Below are positions 31,071-38,993 of a stretch of DNA of 64,000 nucleotides, piece after piece. Under the pieces are notes generated by a model. That model made no database searches, had not been told where the DNA came from, and was given only the letters and a program-made list of their open reading frames with translations. The translations under genes and the position numbers were made by a program. Position 1 is the first letter of the stretch, and every line of letters starts with the position of its first letter. The DNA lies in the NCBI RefSeq assembly GCF_056712565.1, contig NZ_CM160072.1; one strand, written 5' to 3'.

Positions 31071-31409
31071 TTATTCGCAAAGTGCTGTTGCGGCATCCAT
31101 TACAGGATCCAAAGGAATTTTTACACCTGCATACTCTGGACTGTCTTTCCAAACAGCATCAATATTGCTCCCCTCAAGCTTTCCAGACTTTACTCCATCA
31201 ATAGCAAAACCATTTAATGGGTATCGGTCATCAGTTGCTTTGTCGTATACAAAGGCATACTTACCGTTAACGCAAGACACCGTAGCTTTTTCAAAAGTTA
31301 ACGGCCAATCCTCACCAAACTTAGCGCCATCTAAATCCTGTGTTTTTTCAGCGGCTAAGGAGCCAAAAGAAAAGGTAAGAAGCATAGCTAAAAAGAGTTT
31401 ACGTTTCAT
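31071..31409 (-). CDS. small secreted protein of unknown function (cargo gene between int and repressor)
   Basis: Start at MKRKLFLAMLLTFSFGSLAA (signal peptide); two Cys in mature part; overlaps the repressor gene's 3' end by ~10 bp. Confidence 0.6.
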   Translation of the reverse strand: MKRKLFLAMLLTFSFGSLAAEKTQDLDGAKFGEDWPLTFEKATVSCVNGKYAFVYDKATDDRYPLNGFAIDGVKSGKLEGSNIDAVWKDSPEYAGVKIPLDPVMDAATALCE

Positions 31410-31417
31410 AATTTCCC

Positions 31418-32278
31418 TTATACGTGTTTTTCCAATGTGAAAACTACAACCCCGGCAGGCGTAATGTCGGTAATGTTGCATTCAAACTCAGCAGACTTAT
31501 TTGACAACCTGACTTTTCCACCAGGTAAACGAATTACATCAAAAACATCAAGAGCGCCGTCGATATCAATTAACCAGCGACCATTACTTATATTCGAAGC
31601 AGAACAGTCGACAAGCCAAGAGGCAGCTACACCGTCAACAAAAATCAATTCCCCTGAGTTAGAAGGAATCATTGAGGGGTCAGGATGCCACGTTCCTGCA
31701 TCCTTAAGCTCACCAGATTCAAGACGAGATTTTTTAATAGAAAAACCAGATGTGACATCTTCCCTGTTAGCTCGCATTTGCCCCTTGCCTGTTGCTAACC
31801 ATTCCAGTGACGTATCGGTATCAAGAGCGCATGTAACAACAACATCACCAGGGAAAAAATCTCGCCTTACCCATGTGCTAATTGTGCCAGAGGAAATGCC
31901 GAGCAAATCACCGAGCTCCTTTTGCATGGTAAAGCCATACGCATCAAGAATCCTACGCAAAACGGTTTTACCACCATTCGTCATAATCTCGTCATAAAGC
32001 TCTTTGCCTTTTAACTTGCAACTGGCTCGCTCGTGATTTGCATTTGCAAGCTCTCCATTTACAAGCCAATTGATATCAGCTCCCGTGTCAAGACAACACC
32101 TAACTATGACATTGCCAGGTATTGCATCACGCTGAACCCAGCCGCTAACGCTGTGTTTAGCGATACCTAGCAGGTCAGCCAAATCCTTTTGCATCTTGAC
32201 CCCATAGGCTGACATTAAGCGTTCCAATACGCCGTTCGTTGCACTAACACGCCACTGTACATCAAGCTCAGAACTCAT
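31418..32278 (-). CDS. 186 CI-like immunity repressor with tandemly duplicated N-terminal DNA-binding domain
   Basis: 286 aa; two homologous ~60-aa segments (LERLMSAYGVKMQKDLADLLGIAKHSVSGWVQRD... and LRRILDAYGFTMQKELGDLLGISSGTISTWVRRD...); C-terminus resembles 186 CI (GRWLIDIDGA...LPGGKVRL...FEC). Confidence 0.8.
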   Translation of the reverse strand: MSSELDVQWRVSATNGVLERLMSAYGVKMQKDLADLLGIAKHSVSGWVQRDAIPGNVIVRCCLDTGADINWLVNGELANANHERASCKLKGKELYDEIMTNGGKTVLRRILDAYGFTMQKELGDLLGISSGTISTWVRRDFFPGDVVVTCALDTDTSLEWLATGKGQMRANREDVTSGFSIKKSRLESGELKDAGTWHPDPSMIPSNSGELIFVDGVAASWLVDCSASNISNGRWLIDIDGALDVFDVIRLPGGKVRLSNKSAEFECNITDITPAGVVVFTLEKHV

Positions 32279-32546
32279 AAAAACCCCTACAGATAATTTT
32301 ATGGGTGTTTACAGAAAACTTTTTACGATCTATAGTGGCATTCATCGACCAAGATGCACACCACTGCACTACATTTCAAACAACAGGAGATAATGCGATA
32401 TGTCAGATGCAAAATCAATCTCGACGCACGACTCGCAAAACTCACAAAATCAAACTGTGCTGCTAGATCCAACACAGTTTGATGCCATCGTTACCGCCAT
32501 GCTGCCAGCTCTACAGACAATGATTCGCTCCGCTATGTCAGACACG

Positions 32547-32771
32547 ATGACTGTGAAAGACTTCGCCGCTACTCGCGGTGTTAGCGAGCGTCTGGTCTGG
32601 CAATGGCTCGATGAGGGAGTTCTTCTCAAAGCTCCGACCAAAGACTTTTCCAACAAAGAGGAAGCTGCTAAACGAAGCCGAACCCTCGTAAACGTAAAAG
32701 CATGGCGCGATAAGCTGACTCAACAAGCGATTGATTGTCGCTACATCGACCAGCGCACCGCTCTTAACTGA
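32547..32771 (+). CDS. Apl/Cox-like excisionase / switch regulator
   Basis: Divergent from repressor; HTH segment MTVKDFAATRGVSERLVWQWLDEGVLLKAP; start uncertain (ORF opens at 32400). Confidence 0.6.
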   Translation: MTVKDFAATRGVSERLVWQWLDEGVLLKAPTKDFSNKEEAAKRSRTLVNVKAWRDKLTQQAIDCRYIDQRTALN

Positions 32772-32803
32772 ATTTGATTATGCAAGTTAGAGGGAATTTA
32801 ACC

Positions 32804-33313
32804 ATGTTTGATTTTCAGGTTTCCAAACATCCCCACTATGACGAAGCATGCCGCATTTTCGCACAGCGTCACAACATGGCGAAGCTGGCCGAGCGTGCAG
32901 GTATGAACGTTCAAACGTTACGTAACAAGCTCAACCCGGAACAGCCTCACCAGTTCACGCCGTCTGAATTGTGGCTGCTGACTGACCTGACCGAAGACTC
33001 AACCCTCATTGATGGTTTTTTAGCGCAGATTCACTGCCTACCATGCGTGCCGGTTAATGAGTTGGCTAAAGACAAATTGCAGTCTTATGTCATGCGCGCA
33101 ATGCGTGAACTCGGCGAACTGGCGAGCGGCGCGGTATCTGATGAACGTCTGACCATTGCCCGTAAGCACAACATGATTGAAAGCGTTAACTCCGGCATTC
33201 GCATGTTGTCATTGTCGGCTCTGGCGCTGCATGCACGTCTGCAGACTAATCCAGCTATGTCGAGCGTGGTCGATACCATGAGCGGTATTGGCGCATCGTT
33301 TGGTCTGATTTGA
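32804..33313 (+). CDS. CII-like lysogeny-establishment regulator
   Basis: ~169 aa from MFDFQVSKHPHYDEACRIFAQRHNMAKLAERAGMNVQTLRNKL (HTH); position after apl as in 186. Confidence 0.65.
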   Translation: MFDFQVSKHPHYDEACRIFAQRHNMAKLAERAGMNVQTLRNKLNPEQPHQFTPSELWLLTDLTEDSTLIDGFLAQIHCLPCVPVNELAKDKLQSYVMRAMRELGELASGAVSDERLTIARKHNMIESVNSGIRMLSLSALALHARLQTNPAMSSVVDTMSGIGASFGLI

Positions 33314-33314
33314 G

Positions 33315-33521
33315 GTGCGTATGCTGAAAAGTGAACCGTCATTCGCATCTCTGCTCGTTAAGCAAAGCCCCGGCATGCACTACGGCCACGGCTGGATCGC
33401 AGGTAAGGACGGCAAGCGCTGGCACCCGAGCCACTCGCAGGCTGATTTACTGGCTGGCCTCTCTACTCAAAAGCGGGGGGGATCATGGCTATCGAAGCTG
33501 TTTCCGCGACTGTTCCGCTAA
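33315..33521 (+). CDS. hypothetical early-region protein
   Basis: 68-aa ORF in early operon; no recognisable motif. Confidence 0.4.
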   Translation: MRMLKSEPSFASLLVKQSPGMHYGHGWIAGKDGKRWHPSHSQADLLAGLSTQKRGGSWLSKLFPRLFR

Positions 33522-33823
33522 AAGCGGGTGAACGTCTGGCCGGTCTCAATCATGTTGCCGAATTGCGCGCGAGATATTGGGGCGATAGCTGGAAAGAGGT
33601 TGAACGTTTTGTCGATGATATGCGCGATAAACGTGACCCACAATTTGAAGAAAATAATCGGGCGCTGGCCGCTATTTTCTTTCTGGCAAAAATACCGGCG
33701 GCTCGTCATGAACTCGAATTAAGTGAGCTGACTACTGACGAGAAAAAGGCGCTTATTACAGCGATGAATCATTTTCGTGCAGTAGTGAGCTTATTTCCCA
33801 AACGGCTAACCATGCCGAATTAA
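33485..33823 (+). CDS. hypothetical early-region protein
   Basis: 112-aa ORF; G-rich SD-like sequence before ATG. Confidence 0.45.
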   Translation: MAIEAVSATVPLKAGERLAGLNHVAELRARYWGDSWKEVERFVDDMRDKRDPQFEENNRALAAIFFLAKIPAARHELELSELTTDEKKALITAMNHFRAVVSLFPKRLTMPN

Positions 33824-33890
33824 TCCAAACAGAAATTTAATGGCGTAAACCCGCCGGGCATCTTATTGCCCGAAATCAGGAGAGTTAATT

Positions 33891-34118
33891 ATGCGTAATA
33901 CCGAAATCCGTAGTTTTAACACTGATAGCGATGCGCTGGCCGTATTGCTGACCGATGCAAAAAAAGAAGAGCGTAAAGACCGCGCGCTCGCTGTTTCCAT
34001 CCGCCTTGAGGCGCTGGCTATCCATATTACCAGAGAGGGAATGAGCGGCACCGAAGCTGCCGAACTGCTGCGCCGTGAAGCAACCCGCTTTGAGAATGAA
34101 TCACAGGAGCTGCACTAA
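33891..34118 (+). CDS. hypothetical early-region protein
   Basis: 75-aa ORF preceded by GGAGAG; stop overlaps the next start. Confidence 0.5.
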   Translation: MRNTEIRSFNTDSDALAVLLTDAKKEERKDRALAVSIRLEALAIHITREGMSGTEAAELLRREATRFENESQELH

Positions 34119-34339
34119 TGGCCGACGCAATGGATTTAGCACAACTGCGCGAGCAGGAAGACCGCGAACGCCACATCAGCAACGCACGCACCCGTATCGC
34201 TGCACCTTCCCGTTTTCTTTGCGAGGAATGTGACGCACCAATCCCGGAAGCTCGCCGCATTGCGATTCCGGGCGTGGCTTTTTGCGTAACCTGCCAGCAA
34301 ATCGCAGAGCTAAAAAACAAACACTATCGGGGGGTATAA
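34118..34339 (+). CDS. TraR/DksA-type C4 zinc-finger protein
   Basis: 73 aa; CEECDAPIPEARR...AFCVTCQ zinc-finger pattern. Confidence 0.7.
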   Translation: MADAMDLAQLREQEDRERHISNARTRIAAPSRFLCEECDAPIPEARRIAIPGVAFCVTCQQIAELKNKHYRGV

Positions 34340-34340
34340 A

Positions 34341-36563
34341 TTGGCTGTTCAATTCGCTTATCCGTGGAACGTCCCACGGTCGGCAATCTCCAGCCCATAC
34401 CTTACTTATGAGCAACAGCATCGCCGCGACCGTATGTTCGCGGCTTTGCTGCATGCAAAAAAGGTGCTTTCTCTCCAGCCCGACTGCGTGCGGTTAGATG
34501 TTTATCGCACTGCTGCGGTGCTGGAGCAAAATCAGGGTAGTCAACGAGCCAATGCATTTTTAATCAGCTTCTGCAAAAAGGCATTGCCGCGTCTTGAACT
34601 GGTCGCAAAAAAATACGAATGCGCTGGTATCAACAGCAAGGTATCAACCGCTGTTTTTGGAAGTCATTTTGATACTCAGCAAATGCAATATCTGTCGTCA
34701 CGCATGGTTAATATGGTCGCCCGATATAACCGTCTCCCGGACATGTCGCGCGCTGATGTTGACCTGTTGGCCGCTGATATTGCTAATTTCATTCGTGGTG
34801 AACTTGCCAACATTAATGACCACGGATTCGGCGAGCTTAAAACGCTGTACACCTGGTATATTCGTGCTGGCTTTATTTCCCTCCAATTCAACGTTATCCC
34901 ACCACATTGGGAGCGGGTTGAAAAAAAATATGTCGGTGCGGATGAAATCGCACCGGCTATCGCCAAAATGTTTAACGATGGGTGGTGGCGCGGTCGTTTG
35001 CGCCGTGTAGCAGCTACGTGGCGCGAACACCTGCAAATTGCAGTCGGCAACGTCAGTAAGAAAAAAAACACTTACGCGAGTAAAAACTGCGTGACTGACT
35101 GGCGTGAACAAAAGCGCCGCACTCGTGAATTTCTCAAAGGTCTGGATCTCGAAGACGAAGACGGCAACCGTATCAGCCTAATTGAAAAATATGATGGCTC
35201 AGTTGCTAACCCTGCGATTCGCCGCTGTGAGCTCATGACCCGCATTCGTGGGTTTGAAAACATCTGTAATGAGCTCGGTTATGTCGGTGAGTTTTACACT
35301 CTAACCGCGCCGTCAAAATATCACGCCACGACTAAAGCCGGTTACCGTAACAGCAAATGGAGCGGTGCCAGCCCGGCTGACACGCAAAACTATCTAACCG
35401 GTATCTGGGCGCGTATCCGTGCCAAACTACATCGGGAAGATGTCCGTATTTTCGGTATTCGTGTCGCCGAGCCCCATCACGACGGCACTCCACACTGGCA
35501 CATGCTGATGTTCATGCTGCCGGAAGATGTTGAATATGTTCGCTCCATCGTCCGTAAATACGCATGGAAAGAAGACCGCCACGAACTGAAAAGCGATAAA
35601 TCCAAAAAAGCACGTTTCCACGCGGAGTCCATTGACCCGGAGAAAGGCAGCGCAACCGGCTATGTTGCTAAATACATTTCAAAAAATATCGACGGTTATG
35701 CTCTCGATGGTGAAACCGATGATGAAAGCGGTGAGCTGCTGAAAGAGACAGCCCCCGCCGTTTCAGCATGGGCTGCGCGCTGGCACATCCGTCAGTTTCA
35801 GTTTATTGGTGGTGCGCCGGTGACGGTTTACCGTGAGTTGCGTCGCCTCGCTGATACCGAAACCGCGCACGGTCTGAGCGTTGAGTTTGCCGCCGTCCAT
35901 GATGCCGCCGACGCTGGTGACTGGGCTGGTTATGTTAATGCTCAGGGTGGGCCGTTTGTCCGTCGCGATGATTTACAGGTGCGCACACTGTATGAACCGC
36001 GTACCGAGCTTAATCAGTACGGTGAGGAAACGGTATGTATTAAGGGGGTCTACGATTCCTCCATAGGTGCAGGAAGCCCGATTTTAACCCGGCTCACTCA
36101 GTGGAAGATTGTTCCGAAGCGTGCTGTTGATTTGCCCGTTGACCTTCAGGACGGCAAAGCCGTCCCTCGGAGTTCTGTCAATAACTGTACGGGAAGCGAA
36201 AGCGATCCACCGATACTGGATTTAACAAAACCACTGAGTCGGCGTGAAAGACGAGAATTGACCAACCGACTCAGGAAGCAAAAGCCAGCAGCACGGCGAA
36301 AATTCATCCACGGAACGGATGAGCAAAACGCAGCTATAGCTAAAACTATCGATGAGATACATCTGACAACCGGCATTAATATCAGCCGGGGCGAAGCCCT
36401 GCACCTGATGGCCGGTGGTAAAAGTTGTTTTGATGGTAAATGGCTACGCGGAACGGCCAAAGGAGAAATATTTTCCGCAGCACCATCGCATGAGGCTAAA
36501 GCTCGGAAAATCCTTAATCGTGTTGCGGCGATGGCTGAAGCATTAAAACCAATACATGAGTAA
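34341..36563 (+). CDS. replication initiation endonuclease (P2 gpA / 186 RepA family)
   Basis: 740 aa; position and size; HUH-like region (TPHWHMLMFM) and tandem tyrosines (YVAKYISKNIDGYAL). Confidence 0.8.
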   Translation: MAVQFAYPWNVPRSAISSPYLTYEQQHRRDRMFAALLHAKKVLSLQPDCVRLDVYRTAAVLEQNQGSQRANAFLISFCKKALPRLELVAKKYECAGINSKVSTAVFGSHFDTQQMQYLSSRMVNMVARYNRLPDMSRADVDLLAADIANFIRGELANINDHGFGELKTLYTWYIRAGFISLQFNVIPPHWERVEKKYVGADEIAPAIAKMFNDGWWRGRLRRVAATWREHLQIAVGNVSKKKNTYASKNCVTDWREQKRRTREFLKGLDLEDEDGNRISLIEKYDGSVANPAIRRCELMTRIRGFENICNELGYVGEFYTLTAPSKYHATTKAGYRNSKWSGASPADTQNYLTGIWARIRAKLHREDVRIFGIRVAEPHHDGTPHWHMLMFMLPEDVEYVRSIVRKYAWKEDRHELKSDKSKKARFHAESIDPEKGSATGYVAKYISKNIDGYALDGETDDESGELLKETAPAVSAWAARWHIRQFQFIGGAPVTVYRELRRLADTETAHGLSVEFAAVHDAADAGDWAGYVNAQGGPFVRRDDLQVRTLYEPRTELNQYGEETVCIKGVYDSSIGAGSPILTRLTQWKIVPKRAVDLPVDLQDGKAVPRSSVNNCTGSESDPPILDLTKPLSRRERRELTNRLRKQKPAARRKFIHGTDEQNAAIAKTIDEIHLTTGINISRGEALHLMAGGKSCFDGKWLRGTAKGEIFSAAPSHEAKARKILNRVAAMAEALKPIHE

Positions 36564-36637
36564 TTCATATCCATATCATGCACATACAGCAATCGCTCTA
36601 TTCGTTTTTTTTCTTCCCATCTTTTGCCAATACGTGC

Positions 36638-36657
36638 TACTGTATAAATATACAGTA
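36638..36657. promoter_or_regulatory. LexA box (SOS operator)
   Basis: TACTGTATAAATATACAGTA = CTGT-N8-ACAG consensus, ~20 bp upstream of the 36677 ORF. Confidence 0.8.
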
Positions 36658-36676
36658 ACCCTATGGGAGGGATTTC

Positions 36677-36859
36677 ATGGTTGGCGAACATTTCAGCCGA
36701 ACGCAGCAAAAGTGGGCTTGTGTGCAATTTATTGCCGAGGTATCTCTGATTGCAAACTGCAAGCCATCAGACTTAAAGCTCGCGCTCACTCTCATTGCAG
36801 ACCTAGCAAACAGCGAAAATAACGAAACCGAAGATGATAATTTTTATAAGGCTGATTAG
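36677..36859 (+). CDS. small SOS-controlled protein, possible Tum-like antirepressor
   Basis: 60 aa; GGAGGG RBS; directly downstream of the LexA box; position equivalent to 186 tum. Confidence 0.4.
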   Translation: MVGEHFSRTQQKWACVQFIAEVSLIANCKPSDLKLALTLIADLANSENNETEDDNFYKAD

Positions 36860-36862
36860 ATT

Positions 36863-37093
36863 ATGAGAATCAATATCACGTTGGATAAAGAGCAAAAATT
36901 AGGGCAACAGATCATTGATGCTTTTCAGAATGAAATAACACATCGAGTACAATGCGTTTTTCCTGCAACAAAAGTTAACGTTAAGAAAGGGTCAATGACT
37001 GGTGTAGAGGCTATCGGATTCGATAAAGAGGCGGACAGAGAAACATTAGGCAGCATATTACAAGAGATTTGGGAAGACGATAGCTGGCGTTAA
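36863..37093 (+). CDS. DinI-family protein
   Basis: 76 aa; MRINITLDK...QEIWEDDSW resembles E. coli DinI (MRIEVTIAK...QETWESADDW). Confidence 0.8.
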   Translation: MRINITLDKEQKLGQQIIDAFQNEITHRVQCVFPATKVNVKKGSMTGVEAIGFDKEADRETLGSILQEIWEDDSWR

Positions 37094-37292
37094 ACATAAT
37101 AACCGTGCTGGCGCAAAAACTAGCTTTTTGCGTCGGCGGGGTTGAGTAACGAGCCCACGAGGCTTAAGTCCTGCCTTTCAAAATTTCTCAATGTGCTATT
37201 GATGACACGCCCATGATTAATGAGGCATGACCTGAGATGGTTTTATAGTGGCGTTTTGACGGCACTGATTAAAATTCATTGAGGGTGATAAT

Positions 37293-37502
37293 ATGCATCG
37301 ACTACCAGGTGAAATACCGCAGCACAAAACTAAAAGCATCAAACTGATGGCCATCGTTCATCGTTTGCAGCAGATAATGGTCAATGAGAATTTGACACCC
37401 GCAGAGCTGGTCGGGTGTGCCGAAATAGTCAGGGATAATTACGGCAAGCTGGATAGCATCAGCAGGTCGAAACAATACGCACCACCACCACGTCGACGAT
37501 AG
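37293..37502 (+). CDS. hypothetical protein
   Basis: 69 aa; GAGGG RBS; flanked by two copies of a ~30-bp repeat. Confidence 0.4.
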   Translation: MHRLPGEIPQHKTKSIKLMAIVHRLQQIMVNENLTPAELVGCAEIVRDNYGKLDSISRSKQYAPPPRRR

Positions 37503-37576
37503 CAAACGCCGCCGGTTCTGAAACTCGCTTTCAGTACTGGCGGGGGTTGAACAACGAGCACCGCGAGGCGTTAGCA

Positions 37577-38518
37577 TTAATTTATTTTTAATGAATGGTA
37601 ATCTCGTGAGTTGACCGAAGATTTGAGATAACTGCAATCATTAACCGACAGTATTGCCGCTAATAGGCGACATACCAGTGCCTGCATTTGCAGCAATATA
37701 TCGTTACCATATTGACTGTTGTTAACACTTGAGAAACCAAGCGGTTGACCAAAAAAAATAGCCTCATGAAAATTATCATTGCGGATGCCAGAAATGTTTT
37801 TTTTACCTGACACCCATGTGGGGATTGATAACCCATAAATTTTGCACATCCACTTTAATCGCTTGTAATGATTTGGCGGTTTTTTATCAGGAGCCTTGTC
37901 ATGCTCAGCCCACGACAAAGCAAAGCACCCATCAAGTGCCATGTAAAGATACTGGAATTTTTCAAAAGAAAGGTATTGTGGGTTTTGAGATAAGAATAGT
38001 GCATGCACCACTGCCGCAATTCTTTTGGGGGAGTGCGCATCCTTATGTTTGCCATTTATATAATTAAGAGCCAGTTCTATGACTTCTTTTTCAGAGCATC
38101 CAACGAGAATAAAGTCGGTTAACTTAGTGGGCTTGATAGTGGTTGCATCTAAAAAACCAGCGTCAGTGGTTGTCAATCTTATTCCCTTGAAAAAAGAAAG
38201 GCACCACACAATAAAGTTGAGAGTTTCTAACGAGGATGTATTTTTTAATTTTAGTGTGTGCGTTTTGGGCATACTGAATACTCGGTGACTATAAGGCATT
38301 GTGGATATGCCACCATTAAGGTTATATACATCTTGGTTTCCAGGGTATATCCAACCTTTCACAACGTTTTTATCATTATTAACACGCTCCACTTTCTCAT
38401 TGAGACCAGGTAAAGTAAGCAAAGAAAATTGTTCAGTCTCAATGTTAACTTCTACTGGATAGTATCCAAACTCCGACATAATCTCATTGGGTTGCTGTTC
38501 GTCAACTTCACCTTGCAT
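37577..38518 (-). CDS. hypothetical 313-aa protein at the cos-proximal old/tin position
   Basis: Long AT-rich ORF; GGAG RBS; 16-bp perfect palindrome CTCGATAATTATCGAG at 38541-38556 upstream; no motif recognised. Confidence 0.7.
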   Translation of the reverse strand: MQGEVDEQQPNEIMSEFGYYPVEVNIETEQFSLLTLPGLNEKVERVNNDKNVVKGWIYPGNQDVYNLNGGISTMPYSHRVFSMPKTHTLKLKNTSSLETLNFIVWCLSFFKGIRLTTTDAGFLDATTIKPTKLTDFILVGCSEKEVIELALNYINGKHKDAHSPKRIAAVVHALFLSQNPQYLSFEKFQYLYMALDGCFALSWAEHDKAPDKKPPNHYKRLKWMCKIYGLSIPTWVSGKKNISGIRNDNFHEAIFFGQPLGFSSVNNSQYGNDILLQMQALVCRLLAAILSVNDCSYLKSSVNSRDYHSLKIN

Positions 38519-38755
38519 ATCTTTCTCCGTTCAAAAATAGGCTCGATAATTATCGAGAGGCTATCATGTTTGGAAAGAACCAATGTCCGTAATTTTTGTA
38601 AATTTAAGGTGATTTATCAATAAATAAGCTGTGCATGCAACAGGTGCATGGTTCTGCATGCGCCGGGGTTACCCGTTTTGTACGTGCGCCGCAAGAGCTG
38701 GCGGGGATCCAGAGTGGTCATGCAACTGCATTAAAACCGCCCCATAAAGCGGGCA

Positions 38756-38774
38756 GGCGTGGCGGGGAAAGCAT
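38756..38774. other. cos (cohesive-end site), 186-type
   Basis: GGCGTGGCGGGGAAAGCAT, 17/19 identical to P2 cohesive end GGCGAGGCGGGGAAAGCAC as recalled; sits between replication/accessory region and portal gene. Confidence 0.65.
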
Positions 38775-38993
38775 TGCGCGTCAGCAGTGATGCGTAATAA
38801 TAAAAATTATCCTCTGAGCGCGTCGTGATGGCGCTGTCGTGGTCGCTGCTGGTTCGTTGGTGGTCGGGTGTGTTCGTGCGCGTGAGACGCATCTGATGCG
38901 TGATGGTGGTGTGCATGGAAAAGCCACCAGGAGCAGCGGCTTTACAGGAGTGGCAGGATTCAAACTGCTAATTATGTTTCTACTATGATTAAA

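Noticed and set aside
36556-36822. 88-aa ORF overlapping the 3' end of the replication gene and the LexA box
   Set aside because: It overlaps the operator/promoter and the better-supported 36677..36859 ORF with a strong RBS; likely not translated.
38620-38960. GC-rich, repeat-like non-coding stretch that looked like a structured RNA or short repeat array
   Set aside because: It contains the phage cos site and flanking packaging signals; there are no regularly spaced direct repeats, so it is not CRISPR.
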